From Octopus vulgaris (taxonomy: Eukaryota), in assembly GCA_951406725.2 (NCBI GenBank), contig OX597830.1, positions 50,034,001-50,098,000 on the forward strand: a stretch of 64,000 bases of DNA, given 5' to 3'. The notes under the pieces are model-generated. The model was not told the DNA's origin, did no database searches, and worked only from the letters and a program-made list of their open reading frames with translations. Positions 11,798-26,185 of the stretch are shown here, piece after piece. The number at the start of each line of letters is the position of its first letter. Positions within the stretch are counted from its first letter, which is position 1. The position numbers were made by a program, and so were the translations under genes.

Positions 11798-13122
11798 TAT
11801 ATACATTCGTGCGTTTATACCTGCCTGTTTGTGCTTGTATATACACACAAATACATGTCTGGTGATGTGTGAGCATCTGCATGAAGATATGTATGTATGT
11901 GTGCAAATGCAGGCTTATATATATATATGTGTGTGTGTGTGTGTATATATACATGCATACACTTGTGCATACATGGGTATATGCATGTGTGGGTGCACAC
12001 ATGCATATGGCAAGTAGACTGGTCAATGACCAATGTACCAGTCAGGTCATGGGATGGTGCTGCTGGCCCCTAAAAAGCTTTATTGTACCACTTTATATTG
12101 CTGGCTGCTATCTCTATGCTCTTAACTCCCTCCTCAGGTGGTCAAGTGAAACCAACCATAATTCCCACACTGACATCTGTCCATCCTTCAATTATGCTGG
12201 TTAGCTAACCTACCAACCAACCAACCTCCTCTATCAACCTCTCCTCTTACATGTGCCTCCAGTGTGCATGGAAGGGGGTTGCTACTTGTCTCTAACTTAT
12301 ATTTATTTATCAAATTCGATGACTGGCATCCATGCTAGCTGGGTGCAAAGAGCACCATACGAGTGTGATCGTTGACAGAGCGTATGTGTGTAGAGTGGGG
12401 CAAAACTCAGGCACCAGGATTAAAATACACTCTGGAACTGTCAAAGACAAGCGTTAAAATAGATAAAATAATGATGTTTATTCCTTCTCGAGCCACATCT
12501 GGCTCATAAGGGCCGGTTTCCCAGTTTCCTTGTCTTATAGGTTCCCCACCTGAACGGGATGCCAGTCCGTCGCAGGTGAGCTGCAAGATGCAGGAGGAAA
12601 GAGTTAGAGAGAGAGTTGTGGCAAAAGAGTCAGCCGAAGTTCACCATTACCTTCTGCCGGAGACGCGTGGAGCTTAGGTGTTTCGCTCATAAACACATTG
12701 CCCGGTCTGAGATTCAAACCTGCGATCCCTCGAACGCGAGTCCACTGCTCTAACCACTAGGCCATGTGCCGCCACTAAAAATATGATGAATACACCCATA
12801 CTTGTACATAACGAGCAATATGAATGATAATTACAATAATGTCAAATCTTTTGGCCCATGATGTATATATACATACACTTATAATGCACCAACTGGGCAT
12901 ACACACACAGAGGAAAGTAGTAACCTGTAAATATATATACACCTAGTAGTGCAACAATCTCTGTATACATACGCAGGCACATATAGCTTAGCTTATCCAT
13001 ACACAATCAGCTACGTATTTCTGTATACACATTTACACTGATGCACTTGGCTATGTATTTATATATATATACATCAATGCACCAAGTTCTGTACACACTC
13101 AGTGCACTAAACACCGTATACA

Positions 13123-13244
13123 TACGAGGCTGAGGAGAAAGTTCGGGTGCTGCTGGGTTGAGATAATGATTTTTTATGCAAGAATTTATTCAAAAACAAC
13201 AACTATTCTTCAAAACACGGCGCACAAATTTTTTCCTCAACCTA

Positions 13245-13246
<2 letters not shown>
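13123..13246. mobile_element. mariner-type MITE
   Basis: Imperfect TIRs of about 28 bp: ta-cgaggctgaggagaaagttcgggtgc / gcgcacaaattttttcctcaacctaa-ta. Confidence 0.6.
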
Positions 13247-13275
<29 letters not shown>

Positions 13276-13705
13276 CATATATATATATGTTCATATATAT
13301 ATATATATGTACATATACATATATATACACATACATACATATATATATATATACATATACATACATACATACATATATATATACATATACATACATACAT
13401 ATATATATACATATACATATATATGCATATACATACATACATATATATATACATATACATACATATATATATACATATACATACATACATATACATATAC
13501 ATACATACATATACATACATACATATACATATACATACACATATATATACATATATATATATATACATATACATACATATATATACATACACATATATAT
13601 ATATACATATATATATATATAAACATATACATACATACATATATATACAATATATATATATATGTGTATGTACATACATACATATATGTGTGTGTGTGTG
13701 TGTGT
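13246..13705. repeat. Compound (TA)n/(TACA)n/(TG)n microsatellite; similar fields at 22450-22928, 27200-27940 and many smaller sites
   Basis: Seen directly. These tracts produce the YIYIH-type ORFs in the track. Confidence 0.95.
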
Positions 13706-13802
13706 GAATATACACTAAAATTAGTGCAGCTAGCTCTAAATATACACATACTACAATCAATGCTAACTCATACAACTCTTTCCTCCCTCTGTGAGATATA
13801 TA

Positions 13803-13881
<79 letters not shown>

Positions 13882-16583
13882 GTGTATATATATATGTGTG
13901 TGTGTTTGTATATGTATACACACATATACAAACACCCATGAGCTCCCCTCCCCCTCTCTCAATATGCATGTGCGTGTGTGTATATATATTATATATATAT
14001 ATATATATGTATGTGTGCATATGTAGAATTCATGCAGAGTGCATCTAATTGCACATAAACACAATCAGATATATCAATAAGCATTGTGCTGCACACATGC
14101 ATTAGTGCATCTAGCTCTGAATATAAACATATTGATGCGAAGGAGCTCCAAGTGGTGCGTATAAACACACACATATATATGCAATAGTAAATCTCATTCT
14201 TAAACTATGCATATACAAACACATACCAGGCACCATTTCAAATGCAGTTGCACACATGCAACCGCACACACAGATGTGCCACTAGATAATTCATGTGTGA
14301 ACGGACTGACTGAAACTAGACATCTGCACACAAAATGGAAACACACCTGTATGCACACAGCAATATACAAATGCAATTGCATGGCCATAGAACTTTACAT
14401 ACATAATAAACCCTAGAAATTATGTGTGTGTGTATGTGCAGGAGAGGCAGTTGTAGGTGCAGTGGTCCACACACACATATATATATATGTATGTATGTAT
14501 GTATGTATATATGTGTATATACATACAGGTACAGTGGTATATATGTATATGTATGTATATATGTGTATATATGTGTACATATATTTTAGATATGTATGTA
14601 TATGTGTGTATGTATATATATATATATATGTGCATATATGTATATATATGTGTGTGTGTGTTTTCTGAGCTCTGAATATAAACACATACATGAGTGCTTC
14701 AAGTGGTGTGTATAAACACGCATACAAACATATGTGTGAATGTACATGTGTATGTCTGTTGTGTGTGCATGTGTGCAAGTGTATGTTTGAGTGTGTGTGG
14801 TGTGTGTGTGTTTGTGTGTGTGTGTTTTGTGTGTGTGCTGGGATCTATTTGTTCAGCTAAAACCTTTCAAGGCATTGCTCCAGCATGGCTATAGTCCTAG
14901 TGAAAGATAAAAGACCTATGTAATGTGCCATCATCATTATCCCTTAATAGTCAGTTTTCAGGTATGCATGCACCCCCACCTCCCCACTATACATATATGG
15001 CATTGCCTAGAAAGAAGCATGAACGTGCCTTTGATCCTTCTCACTCATGCTGGCATCACAAGAAAACAGTAAAGTCTGCACAGAGTCCATCTATATATAT
15101 ATATATACATATTGTCTAACACATGCCAGCATGGAAAACAAGATGCATTAAAGAATGATGACGGTGATGTGTACATATGTATACATGTATGTGTGTGTGT
15201 GTGTGTGTGTGTATATCATCATCATCATCATCATCATCATTTAGTGTCCGCTTTCCATGCTAGCATGGGTTGGACGGTTCAACTGGGGTCTGTGAAGCCA
15301 GAAGGCTGCATCAGGCCCAGTCTGATCTGGCAGTGTTTCTACGGCTGGATGTCCTTCCTAACGCCAACCACTTCGTGAGTGTAGTGGGTGCTTTTTACGT
15401 GCCACCGCACAGGTGCCAGATGGAGCTGGCAAACGGCCACGGACGGATGGTGCTTTTTACGTGCCACCGGCACAGGGGCCAGGCGAGGCTGGCAACGGCC
15501 ACGATCAGTATATATATATATATATATATCGGATATATATGGTGTTTTTATGTGCCACCGACATATATATATATATATATATATATATCGGGCTCCTTTT
15601 AGTTTCTGTCTACCAAATCTTTGTAAGTGGATTAAGCAGACGGCTCGAGGTTATAGTAGAAAACACTTGCCCATGGTGCCATGCAGTGGGACTGAACCTG
15701 GAACCATGTCGTTAATAAACAAGCTTCTTGCCACACAACCTGTCTATATCTATATATACATATTTATGTATATATAATGCACATACATACATAGGCGTGG
15801 CTGTGTGGGTGTGAAGTTTGCTTCCTACCCACATGGTTTCAGGTTTAGTCCCACTGTGTGGCACCTTGGACAATTATCTTCTACTGTAGTTATGGCCAAC
15901 CAAAGCCTTAAGTGGATTGGATAGCGGGAAACTAAAAGAAGCCTGTTGTATTACATACATCATATTTTTAAATACACACTCATACACATGTGTGTTTGTT
16001 TGTTTATGTCTGCATGTGTCTCATTATCTCGACATCATGTAATAGTTGTAAAAAAGTGCCACTGTCATACAAGCAGTGTAAAGCATTTCTAACATTCTGC
16101 AGAAACATGTCTTGCTATTGGGAAAATATTACTTTGCTTGGAAGCAAGTGAGAGTTGGTGACAGGAAGGGCACCCAGCTGTAGAAAATCTGCTTCAATAA
16201 ACTGCCACTGACCCATGTAAGCATGGAGCAGTAATTAAAACGATAATGATGATGATGATATATATAATAGAGAGTAGTTGCCACATTTCATTCCAGATCA
16301 GCTACCTCTGATGATCACAAGGTTACATAATCAGATTGTTGCCTAACATCCCGTTGAATCCCAAGCATGAAACAGATTGGTAAAATTGACCATAATGGAT
16401 ATTGTACACTTTCAATAATATACCCACTCTATTGACAGATATACGAGCACATTTTTTTCCTGACTTATGGACTTTTAGACCACACACATATACACACATA
16501 TATTCATAAATATACACACACCTGCTATATATTAAGTGATCCACAACAAGCAGTGAGACACTGTGCTAAAACAGAGCCTTCCA

Positions 16584-16824
16584 ACCTATTTCTTTATTGC
16601 CCACAAGGGGCTACACACAGAGAGGACAAACAAGGACAGACAGACGGATTAAATCGATCATATCGACCCCAGTGCATAACTGCTACTTAATTTATTGACC
16701 CCAAAAGGATGAAATGCAAAGTCAACCTCGGCGGAATTTGAACTCAGAACGTAAAGACAGACGAAATACCAGTAAGCATTGTATTTCGCCCGGCGTGCTA
16801 ACGTTTCTGCCAACTCGCCGCCTT
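16584..16824 (-). mobile_element. tRNA-derived SINE, family B (further copies 26487-26713, 35535-35945, 48816-49051, 60476-60712, 61546-61770)
   Basis: Family pattern: ggcggcgagctggcagaaacgttagca...gagttcaaattcc head, a central cctttcatcctttcggggtcgat..aagtaccag domain (resembles the Deu/Nin SINE domain as I recall it), and a tail gccccttgtggg..taaagaaatagg. Confidence 0.85.
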
Positions 16825-17236
16825 CCAACCATGCCATTATGGAGAGCAAACATGACAGAAGTGGTGGTGATGATGACGACGAAAATGACAATGATGATGG
16901 TGATTATGATGATGATGATAAACAATAAACCACTTTTTGTTCCTCCCCACCGCTTCTATAAAATTTTTGTAGTAGTTTTTATTGATTCTTTTTTCATAAA
17001 CTTTACTTTGTGGTTGTTGATTTTTCTAGTCAGTGTTGCTGTTGTTGTTATTGCTGCTGTTATTGTTTTCACTGGTGTTGTTGTTGTTGTTGTTGTTGTT
17101 GTTACCTTGACATTCTTGCTGCTGTTATGTTGAAGAAAGGTGAGACTATGGCATACAGCATTGATCGACAACGCACAGGAGGCTGTACTATCTCTATGCG
17201 TGTGATGCACGTGTGTTTGTGGATCGTACGTATACA

Positions 17237-17281
<45 letters not shown>

Positions 17282-17504
17282 TCATGTATGTGCTTTTTGT
17301 GTCATTGTGTATGTGAGTAAGTATACGTGTTAGTGTGTGTTTGTGTGAGTCAACAAATATGTGTGTGTGTGTTTGTGTGCGTGATTACCAATTTGCCAGT
17401 TTCTGTGTTTAACACTGGAATAAAGTTCTCCAATATACCTGCTGACACCATGATGATGATGGTGATGATGATGATGATGATGAAGAAACTGCGAGTACCA
17501 TCAG

Positions 17505-17535
<31 letters not shown>

Positions 17536-18664
17536 CACTACCATCACCACCACCACCACCAAAAACCACTACCACCACAACCACTCCTTCACCACCCCAT
17601 CACGTAAATCCATATTCCATAGATGGTAATGTCTTAAAGAAATACTTCATTGGTGATAAACATTTTCAGTGAGAGTAAGAGGAGAAGAGAGAGAGAGAGA
17701 GAGAGAGGGTGGGAGGGAGGGAAGGAACAGAAGAACAAGGAAACAGTAAATGAACAGAAGTGGGGTGAGGGTGAGGGAAAGAGAGAGTGAGAGATTGTAT
17801 TAATTAAAAGGAAATAATCCATTGTTACAGAGAAACATTGAAGAATTTGGAATATTGTTGGGTCCTAACATTTGAAAGCCTCGGCTTTGCATTGACGTTT
17901 AAACAACACCTCACCCCCACCCTCGCCAACCCACTTCATCTTCCCCACATCGATGTGGGTGGGGTTGACGGGGGCGGCCTCACCCTTCACTGTCCACCTT
18001 CCCACTTCCACCCCCACCCCCAAAACCACACTTGCCCATCCCACACTCATGACCACACCACTCCCCCTCCCTTGTGCTCCTCCTCCTCCTCCTCCTGCTC
18101 TTTGTCATCCACCCTCAAATTCCACTCCCACTCCCCCGCCTCCTCTGCTCATCCAAACGGTGGCAGTTGCCCTCGACCCCCCACCCCACCCCCTAGTAAC
18201 TGCTGTAATAATCACTCCGTCAAGTGGAAGTCGTTAATATGTCAAATTCACACAAATCTTTCCATAATTGATTTCACATCATTTAAAACAATGTTCCTCC
18301 ATATTTGTCCCGCATCTCCGGCAGTCAATGATTTACGGGAAACTGCAGTGTGTGTGTGTAGGTTGTGTGTGTGTGTGTAGGTTGTGTGTATGTATGTGTG
18401 TGTGTGTGTGCATATATGCTCGCATGTCATGTGTGTCTGTATTATATTATGTATGTGAATAATATTTATGTATGTATGATAATGCATAACTCTCTCTCTA
18501 TATATACACACAGATATATACATATACATACATATATACATACATCCAAACATATATGCATATACATAGTTATACATACATATGTACAAACATATATATA
18601 CATACATATACATATATAAATATATACATATATAAATATATATGTATATATTTTTATATGTATA

Positions 18665-18715
<51 letters not shown>

Positions 18716-18789
18716 TATGTGTGCATATGTATGGCTCAGCATGAAATGACTGTTAAGGTAAGGAACAGTAGATAACCATTCCTTATTCA

Positions 18790-19183
18790 TTGGCACCTTT
18801 AAGAACTCTTTGGTGCAGCTGTTCTCCAGTTCAAGTTCTGGGTTCTCTGTATGCGTTGTTTATACAGAAAACACCATTCCGTACAGAGGTGGCCTTGGTC
18901 ATTCTTGTTGATAGAACTGGTCCATAATGTACAAAAAGATTCCTACAGGTAGCATTCCCTTTTGGAACCCCAGTTTTGTGATTTCCTTGGGTGGGATTAG
19001 AGATCAGTGAATGAGAGAGAGAGAGAGGGAAGGTGTAGTGGAGCAACACCTGGGGCATGGAAAGATGCGATGTCATCAGGAGGTTCCATCTTAAAGCCTA
19101 CCTGTAATCGGATTTTGTGGAATATGTGGAATACACTGTTTGCTGCTTCCCATGAAGTCAGCATAAGGATGTCATCCATAGAT
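18790..19183 (-). mobile_element. Degraded Penelope-like element reverse transcriptase fragment
   Basis: SMDDILMLTSWEAANSVFHIFHKIRLQVGFKME resembles the PLE YVDD...F.ME region, followed by CRNLFVHY...KATSVRN, similar to the PLE thumb. Frameshifted. Confidence 0.55.
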
Positions 19184-20574
19184 GCAGGGGTATGGCTGTG
19201 TAGTTAAGAAGCTTGCTTCTCAACCAAATGTTTACAGGTTCTACCCCACTGTGTGGCAACTTTGGCAAGTGTCTTCTGCTATAGTGCTGGGCTGGTCAAA
19301 GCCTTGAGGGTGGATTTGGTAGGTAGAAACTGAAATAAGCCTGTTGTGTGTGTGTGTGTGTGTGTTGGTTTCAATTTTTAGCACAAGGCCAGAAACTTCA
19401 AGAGAGTGATTAAGTTGACTACATCAACCCCCAGTTTCTTACTGGTACCTATTTCATCAACTCTGAAAGGATGAATGGCAATGGCAAAGTTGACCTTGGC
19501 AGAATTTGAGCTCAGAGAGTAAATATTGACAAAATGTTGCTCAGCATTTTTGTTCGCTGAAGTATAATGATTCTGCTGGTTCACCACCTTTGTGTTTTTA
19601 TAGATTAGAATAGCAACAAGGCTGATGCCGCCACCACCGCCACCAACACCACCACCACCATCATCATTGTTTAATGTCTCTTCTTCATGCTGGCATAGAT
19701 TGGATGATTCTACGGAAACTGCCAAGTCAGAAGACTGCACCAATCTCTGCTGTCTGGTTTTGTTGTGGCTTCTATGGCTGGATGCCCTTCCTAAAGCCAA
19801 CCGTTTTACAGAGTGCACTAGGTGCTTTTCTTTACATGGCACCAGCAGCAGTAAGGTCCCTGAGTAACTTGCAAGACAAGCCTCCCGCAAATGAACAAGG
19901 GTGTGTAGTAGCGAGACACAGGGGGAAAGAAAACCGGCATCTTGGAATTAGAGGGGAAAACATGGCTACCACTGTTGAGAACAGAGTGTGGAAAGAGAGA
20001 GAGAGATAGTGAGGGAGAGGAGAGAAAAAGGAGGGAGAGATGGTGAAGCTGTGACACTGAGTGGACCAGGGACTAGAGAGGGTGATTGGGGTGGGTGAGT
20101 TTACAAGATTGCGAGAGCAGAGTGGTGGATGGTGGGGGAATGCAATAATTAGGCAATACTTTTGTATATCTGCAACCTCATCCTCAACAACAGAGAAGAG
20201 ATTTATACAAAGCTAATTAGCTAATTAGCTAACATAATGCTATTGTATATGATAACACCTGAAGCTGAGATACAGGTATGCATTGCGACTGATCATGATC
20301 TCCAGCTTTATAATATCAGTAGAAGTATTTTTGAAGGCCTAAAATAATTAAATGTTTCATGTTGAAGTATAAATACCTGCTTTTGGTTATATTTTGTTTA
20401 CACTATGGGTGTAAATTCTCACTCACATACATACATACATACATACATACATACATACATACATACATACATACATACATACATACATGAATATATCTAT
20501 GCATACATGGATATATCTATGCATACATAAATACATACAAACATACATACATACATGGATATATCTATGCACAC

Positions 20575-20615
<41 letters not shown>

Positions 20616-20653
20616 ACGAAATATTTTGTGCAATTTGGACACATCCCTCTCTT

Positions 20654-20713
<60 letters not shown>

Positions 20714-21229
20714 GAGGAGAAAGATGTATGTGTGTATTCACATATATGCGTGTGCGTGCATGTATGTATGTATATATGTTATTTAAACATACATATACTT
20801 ATCTCTATACCTGTGTATATAGAGAACATACAAAATTTCATCATGCATGTGAGTGCGCGCGCGCGTGTGTGTGTGTGTGTATGTATATGTTGTGTGTGTG
20901 TGTGTTATACATATACTCACATATTTGCATGTGTAAGTGTGTGTAAAATTTGTTGTTTTTTTTTTTGGTTTTGGTTTTTTTTTTTTTATTATTATTTTCA
21001 AAAAACTGAAAATCTATAAGTTTTAGTATATTTTTTTTTTCAGTAAAGAAAGTCAGTTATTGATCTGGAATTATCTGTGACAGAATCTCACCTGTAAACC
21101 TGTAAAAGGTAAAACTGAGTATTGGTGTGTGTGTGTGTGTGTGTGTGCATAGGTGGGGGTGGGGAAGTGTCTGGAAGTAGTGAATGAGTAAACATTTTGT
21201 TCTGGCACTGGACCAATACTGCATCTACT

Positions 21230-21606
21230 ACAAGCATCGCAACCACTGCCACCACCACCATGACCACCACCACTGCCTACCATACATCAACTGTCACCAC
21301 CACTGCCACTACTCCTTCAAATACTACCACTGTTGCTACATGTACTACCAACACTACAACAGCTACTACAAGTACGACATCAAATACTACCACTACAACT
21401 ATTACTTCTACTGCTATAAATACTGCTGCTACTACTACTACCACCAACACTAGCATCCTACCATCATCGTTATACCCCTATTACACCTACCACACCCACC
21501 CCTATTACAGCTCCCACCATCCTACTACTACCACTACTACTACAACAGCAGCCACTACCACAGCGACCACAAATACCTCAACCACCATCACTACCACCAC
21601 ATCTAT

Positions 21607-21642
<36 letters not shown>

Positions 21643-21948
21643 AGCAGCCATAACAACTACTACAACCACTACTACCACATCTACTACTACTACCACTACT
21701 ACTACTACAGCAACCACTACCACAACGACCACGAATACCTCAACCACCATCACTACCACCACATCTATTACTACTACTACTACTACTACTACTACTACAA
21801 TAGCAACCACTACCACAACGACCACGAATACCTCAACCACCATCACTACCACCACATCTACTACTACTACTACTACTACTACTACAACAGCAACCACTAC
21901 CACAACGACCACAAATACCTGAACCACCATCACTAACACCACATCTAT

Positions 21949-21990
<42 letters not shown>

Positions 21991-22190
21991 TACTACTACT
22001 ACCACTACTACTACTACTACCACTACTACTACTACTACTACCACCACTACTACCACCACTACCACAACCACCACCACCACCACCACCACCACTACTACTA
22101 CTACTACTACCACCACCACCACCACTACTACTACTGTTACCAACCCCGTCACCCCATATACTCCACCCACCCCACTACTCACCGCCGCCA
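21230..22190. repeat. (ACT)n/(ACC)n low-complexity field with a higher-order repeat
   Basis: The block accactaccacaacgaccacgaatacctcaaccaccatcactaccaccacatcta recurs near 21551, 21713, 21806 and 21893. Confidence 0.9.
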
Positions 22191-22512
22191 CCAATCATTA
22201 ATAAATGTAAAGACTATGCAAAAATGAACCTGAGACTGCAAAGTCGAATTTCAGCGAAACGAGAAACCAGTTCTTCCCGAGTCTGCTGAATTGGTGAAAG
22301 CAGCATCAATGGAAGTCTGGCACTGAGAACTTTATTAAAAGCCATCTTGAAGAAAAATCGAGGAATTTTAAACGAGTGACATGGCAGTTTACCATTTCAA
22401 TGATAACACAGAAAATGTATTTAATATTATTAAATGGAAAACTGCCAGACACATACATTCATACATACATACATAATTGCACATGTGTACATATACATAC
22501 ATACATACATAC

Positions 22513-22559
<47 letters not shown>

Positions 22560-22586
22560 CATATATACATACATACATATATATAT

Positions 22587-22617
<31 letters not shown>

Positions 22618-22702
22618 CATACATACATATATATATATACATACATATATATATATACATATATATACATACATACATACACACATACATATATATACAT
22701 AC

Positions 22703-22765
<63 letters not shown>

Positions 22766-23108
22766 CATACATACATATATATATACATACATATATATAT
22801 GTATATACATACATACATGCAAACATACATACATACAAACATACATACAAACACATGAAAACATACATACATACATACAAACATACATACATACACATAC
22901 ATACATACATACATACATACATACATAACTGAAGGATTACAATTAATTAAAGGATATATTAACTATGTCTACCTGCTGGAAATAACAGTCAAAACTCTTA
23001 TTTAAATTACCAAAATACACTGATAATAACTACAGAAATCAACTGCCTGAAGGCATATGGGCTAAGACAATCTCTCGGCATACATTCAAATATATGGACT
23101 CTTACATG

Positions 23109-23187
<79 letters not shown>

Positions 23188-23649
23188 GAGAATTCACAAA
23201 AAAGCAAAAGATGAAGACAGGTAGTGTACAAATCAAACAGATGTATTATTTTAACGCTCGGGAAGTGAAAAAGTCTTTAATGTTTCGAGCCTACGCTCTT
23301 CTACAGAAAGGAACATAGAAAGAAACAAGGAGAGAAAATATAGAATGTGTAGTGGCTAGCTATCTATACATACATACATATGTGTGTGTGTGTATGTGTG
23401 TGTGTGTGTGTGTGTATCTATTCTTTTATTCTTTTTACTTGTTTCAATCATTTGACTGAGGCCATGCTGGAGCACTGCCTTATGTATGTACCTAAAAATA
23501 GATAGACACACACACGTATGTTTATGTGGCTGTGTGGTAAAAAGTTTGCTTCTCAGTGACATGGTTCTGTGTTCAGTCCCACCGTGTGACACCTCTGTTC
23601 CATTTCTGACATTTTGACATCATTTTCTATGATTGAATGCCCTTCCAAA

Positions 23650-24145
23650 TACCACCCTTATTGTAGCACCAACATCAAAGGGGTGGACAAATCCTCAACA
23701 TAACCCAAGATTCCTCTTGGCACTCTATTGTCGTCATTCTTTCAGCAACCACTACACGGGGTCTGCTGGGAGTAAACATTTGTGGCACCAAAACTAAAGG
23801 GTTGTACATGACTTTTACATGACCAAAAAGTCCTCTACACCCTATAAGGTATACTGGGGTGTGTATATCTGTTGCTATAGCACCAAAGAGGTACACATAA
23901 CCTCAATATTACCAAAGACGTCCTCTATACCCTACAGGGTCCACTGGGTGTGTATATTTGTAACACCAGCATCAAATGGGTGCCCATAACTTTGACATGA
24001 CCAAAGAATCCCTTGAACCCTACACTGAAACCATTCATTCAAGAACTACTACACAGAGCTTCCTGGATGTGTATATTTGTGGCACCAGCATTAAAGAAGG
24101 TGCCTTACCTATAGCAAGACCGAAGAGTCCTCTCTATGCTGTCTC
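23650..24145. repeat. Diverged tandem repeat, about five units of 90-120 bp
   Basis: Recurrent ctgggtgtgtatatttgtggcaccagcatcaaagggtg...catgaccaaagagtcctctacaccctac pattern. Confidence 0.75.
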
Positions 24146-25041
24146 AATTCAAGAGGGTGAGCAGAAGACACTGGTGATGATGATACTTCTATGCATATTA
24201 AACCAGGTCCATACGTCTGTGGAATACTCTGCCACCTACTCAAATGAATAAGTGTTTCCATTAATGAAATAGCTACAAAAATGATGTATTAATGACTGGG
24301 GTTTTTGTTTAGCCTCAGTCCAATTGTGATTGAGCATTGTCCAATCAATGCTGATCCAGTGGTGACATAGTTTGTATCTAAAAATTATGTAAAGTGTCCC
24401 TTATATTCAAAACCAGTAGGATGACCTTTGAGTGGTTACTTTTTCTAGCAGAACAATCAACCTATATTAAGGCTCTGCTTCCTATATAAATTCTGTTTGG
24501 TCATTATATTGACAGATTTCTATAGCTGGCGCCAGTTTAGTAGTCAGAATTTGACAAAAAAGCTAGTAAAACCCAACACATTGTCTTTAAAATTAATTTC
24601 TAAAGAAGAATACAAGAAGATATTGGACTGAAGAAATAAAGGAATTGGTAAAGATAAGCTATTAATATATTTTCTACAGACAAATGGTTAAGATGGAATC
24701 AATAAGGAGGGGAGATGGTGGAGATATCTTGTTAGATTTAAGGAGACAGACAGTCTTATGGAACAATTGTGGCACCAATTTTGGGTCATCCATGCAGCTC
24801 AATAACAGAATTACAGAATAAAGGAATGAGTGTGTGTCAGTGTCTGTGGTGGAATATAGATGTGTGTGTATGAGTAAGGGATTACAGATTTGTGTTTATG
24901 TTTAAGTAGGGATTACGGAAGATATGCGGCTAAAGGAAAACAAATGAGTGTTTGTGTGTGTGAGTTTGTGTCATTCAATGTAAGTGCGTATGAGTTGATG
25001 ATTACGCATACATGATGATGATATATTATGTATATATATAT

Positions 25042-25083
<42 letters not shown>

Positions 25084-25186
25084 CAATAGATGATTACGGA
25101 TACATGCATATTATATTAATATATATATATATATATATAGAAATATGTATATATATATATATAAATAGATGATTACAGATACATGG

Positions 25187-25257
<71 letters not shown>

Positions 25258-25336
25258 ATATGTATAACCACATGCATACACACACACACAATGGTGATAA
25301 ATATATTCAAATATATTTTTCAATTTTCAATATTAG

Positions 25337-25726
25337 CAGAGATGTGGTTGTGTGGTAAGAAGCTTGCTTCCCAACCGCTTAGTCCCAAGTTCAGTCCCAC
25401 TGCATGGTATCTTGGGTTAGTGTTTTTCACTTTTAGCTTTGAGCCCACCAAAGATTTGGGGGTGGATTTTGGTAGACAGAAACTGGAAGAAGCCCATCAT
25501 ATAATATATGTGTGTGTGTGTGTTTGTATTTGTATCCCCAGTGTTGGTTTGTTTACGTCCTCATGACTTGGTAGGTTGGCAAAAAAAAAAAGAGAGACCA
25601 ATAAAATATGTACCAAGCTTTAAAAAAATAAGTGCTGGGGCAGGGGTCGATTTGTTTGCCTAAAACCCCCTTCAGGATGGTGCCCCAGCATGACCACAGT
25701 CCAGTGACTGAAACAAGTAAAAAGAA
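25337..25726 (+). mobile_element. tRNA-derived SINE, family A (diverged copy)
   Basis: Colinear with 30920-31335. Confidence 0.8.
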
Positions 25727-25727
25727 G

Positions 25728-26185
25728 ATTTCAAATTTTGGCACAAGGCCTGCAAGTTTGGGTGAAGGGTTTAATCCCTTACATCGATACCAGTGGTTAA
25801 CTGGTACTTACTTTATCAGCCCTGAAAGGGTGAAAGGCAAAGTCGACATCACTGGAATTTCAACTCAGAATGTTTCAAACAGACGAAATACCTATTTCTT
25901 TATTGCCCACAAGGGGCTAAACACAGAGCGAACAAACAAGGACAGACAAACGGATTAAGTTGATTACATTGACCCCAGTGCGTAACTGGTACTTATTTAA
26001 TTGACCCCGAAAGGATAAAAGAGAAAGCCGACCTCGGTGGAATTTGAACTCAGAACATAGTGGCAGACGAAATACCGCAAAGCATTTCACCCGGCGTGCT
26101 AACGTTTCTGCCAGCTCGCTGCCTTATGAAATACCGCTAGGCATTTTGCCTGGCATGCTAACAATTCTGCCAGCTGGTCACCCTT
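25728..26185 (-). mobile_element. Chain of family B SINE units
   Basis: Overlapping units joined by agacgaaata|cctatttcttt near 25891. Confidence 0.8.

Noticed and set aside
13166-14064. Numerous YIYIH/CVCV ORFs here and at 22376-22932, 27065-27940 and elsewhere
   Set aside because: Translations of dinucleotide and tetranucleotide microsatellites.
21197-21922. 241-aa Thr-rich mucin-like ORF
   Set aside because: It is the translation of an (ACT/ACC)n field. There is no signal peptide or supported splice partner, and the opposite strand is equally open (poly-Val).
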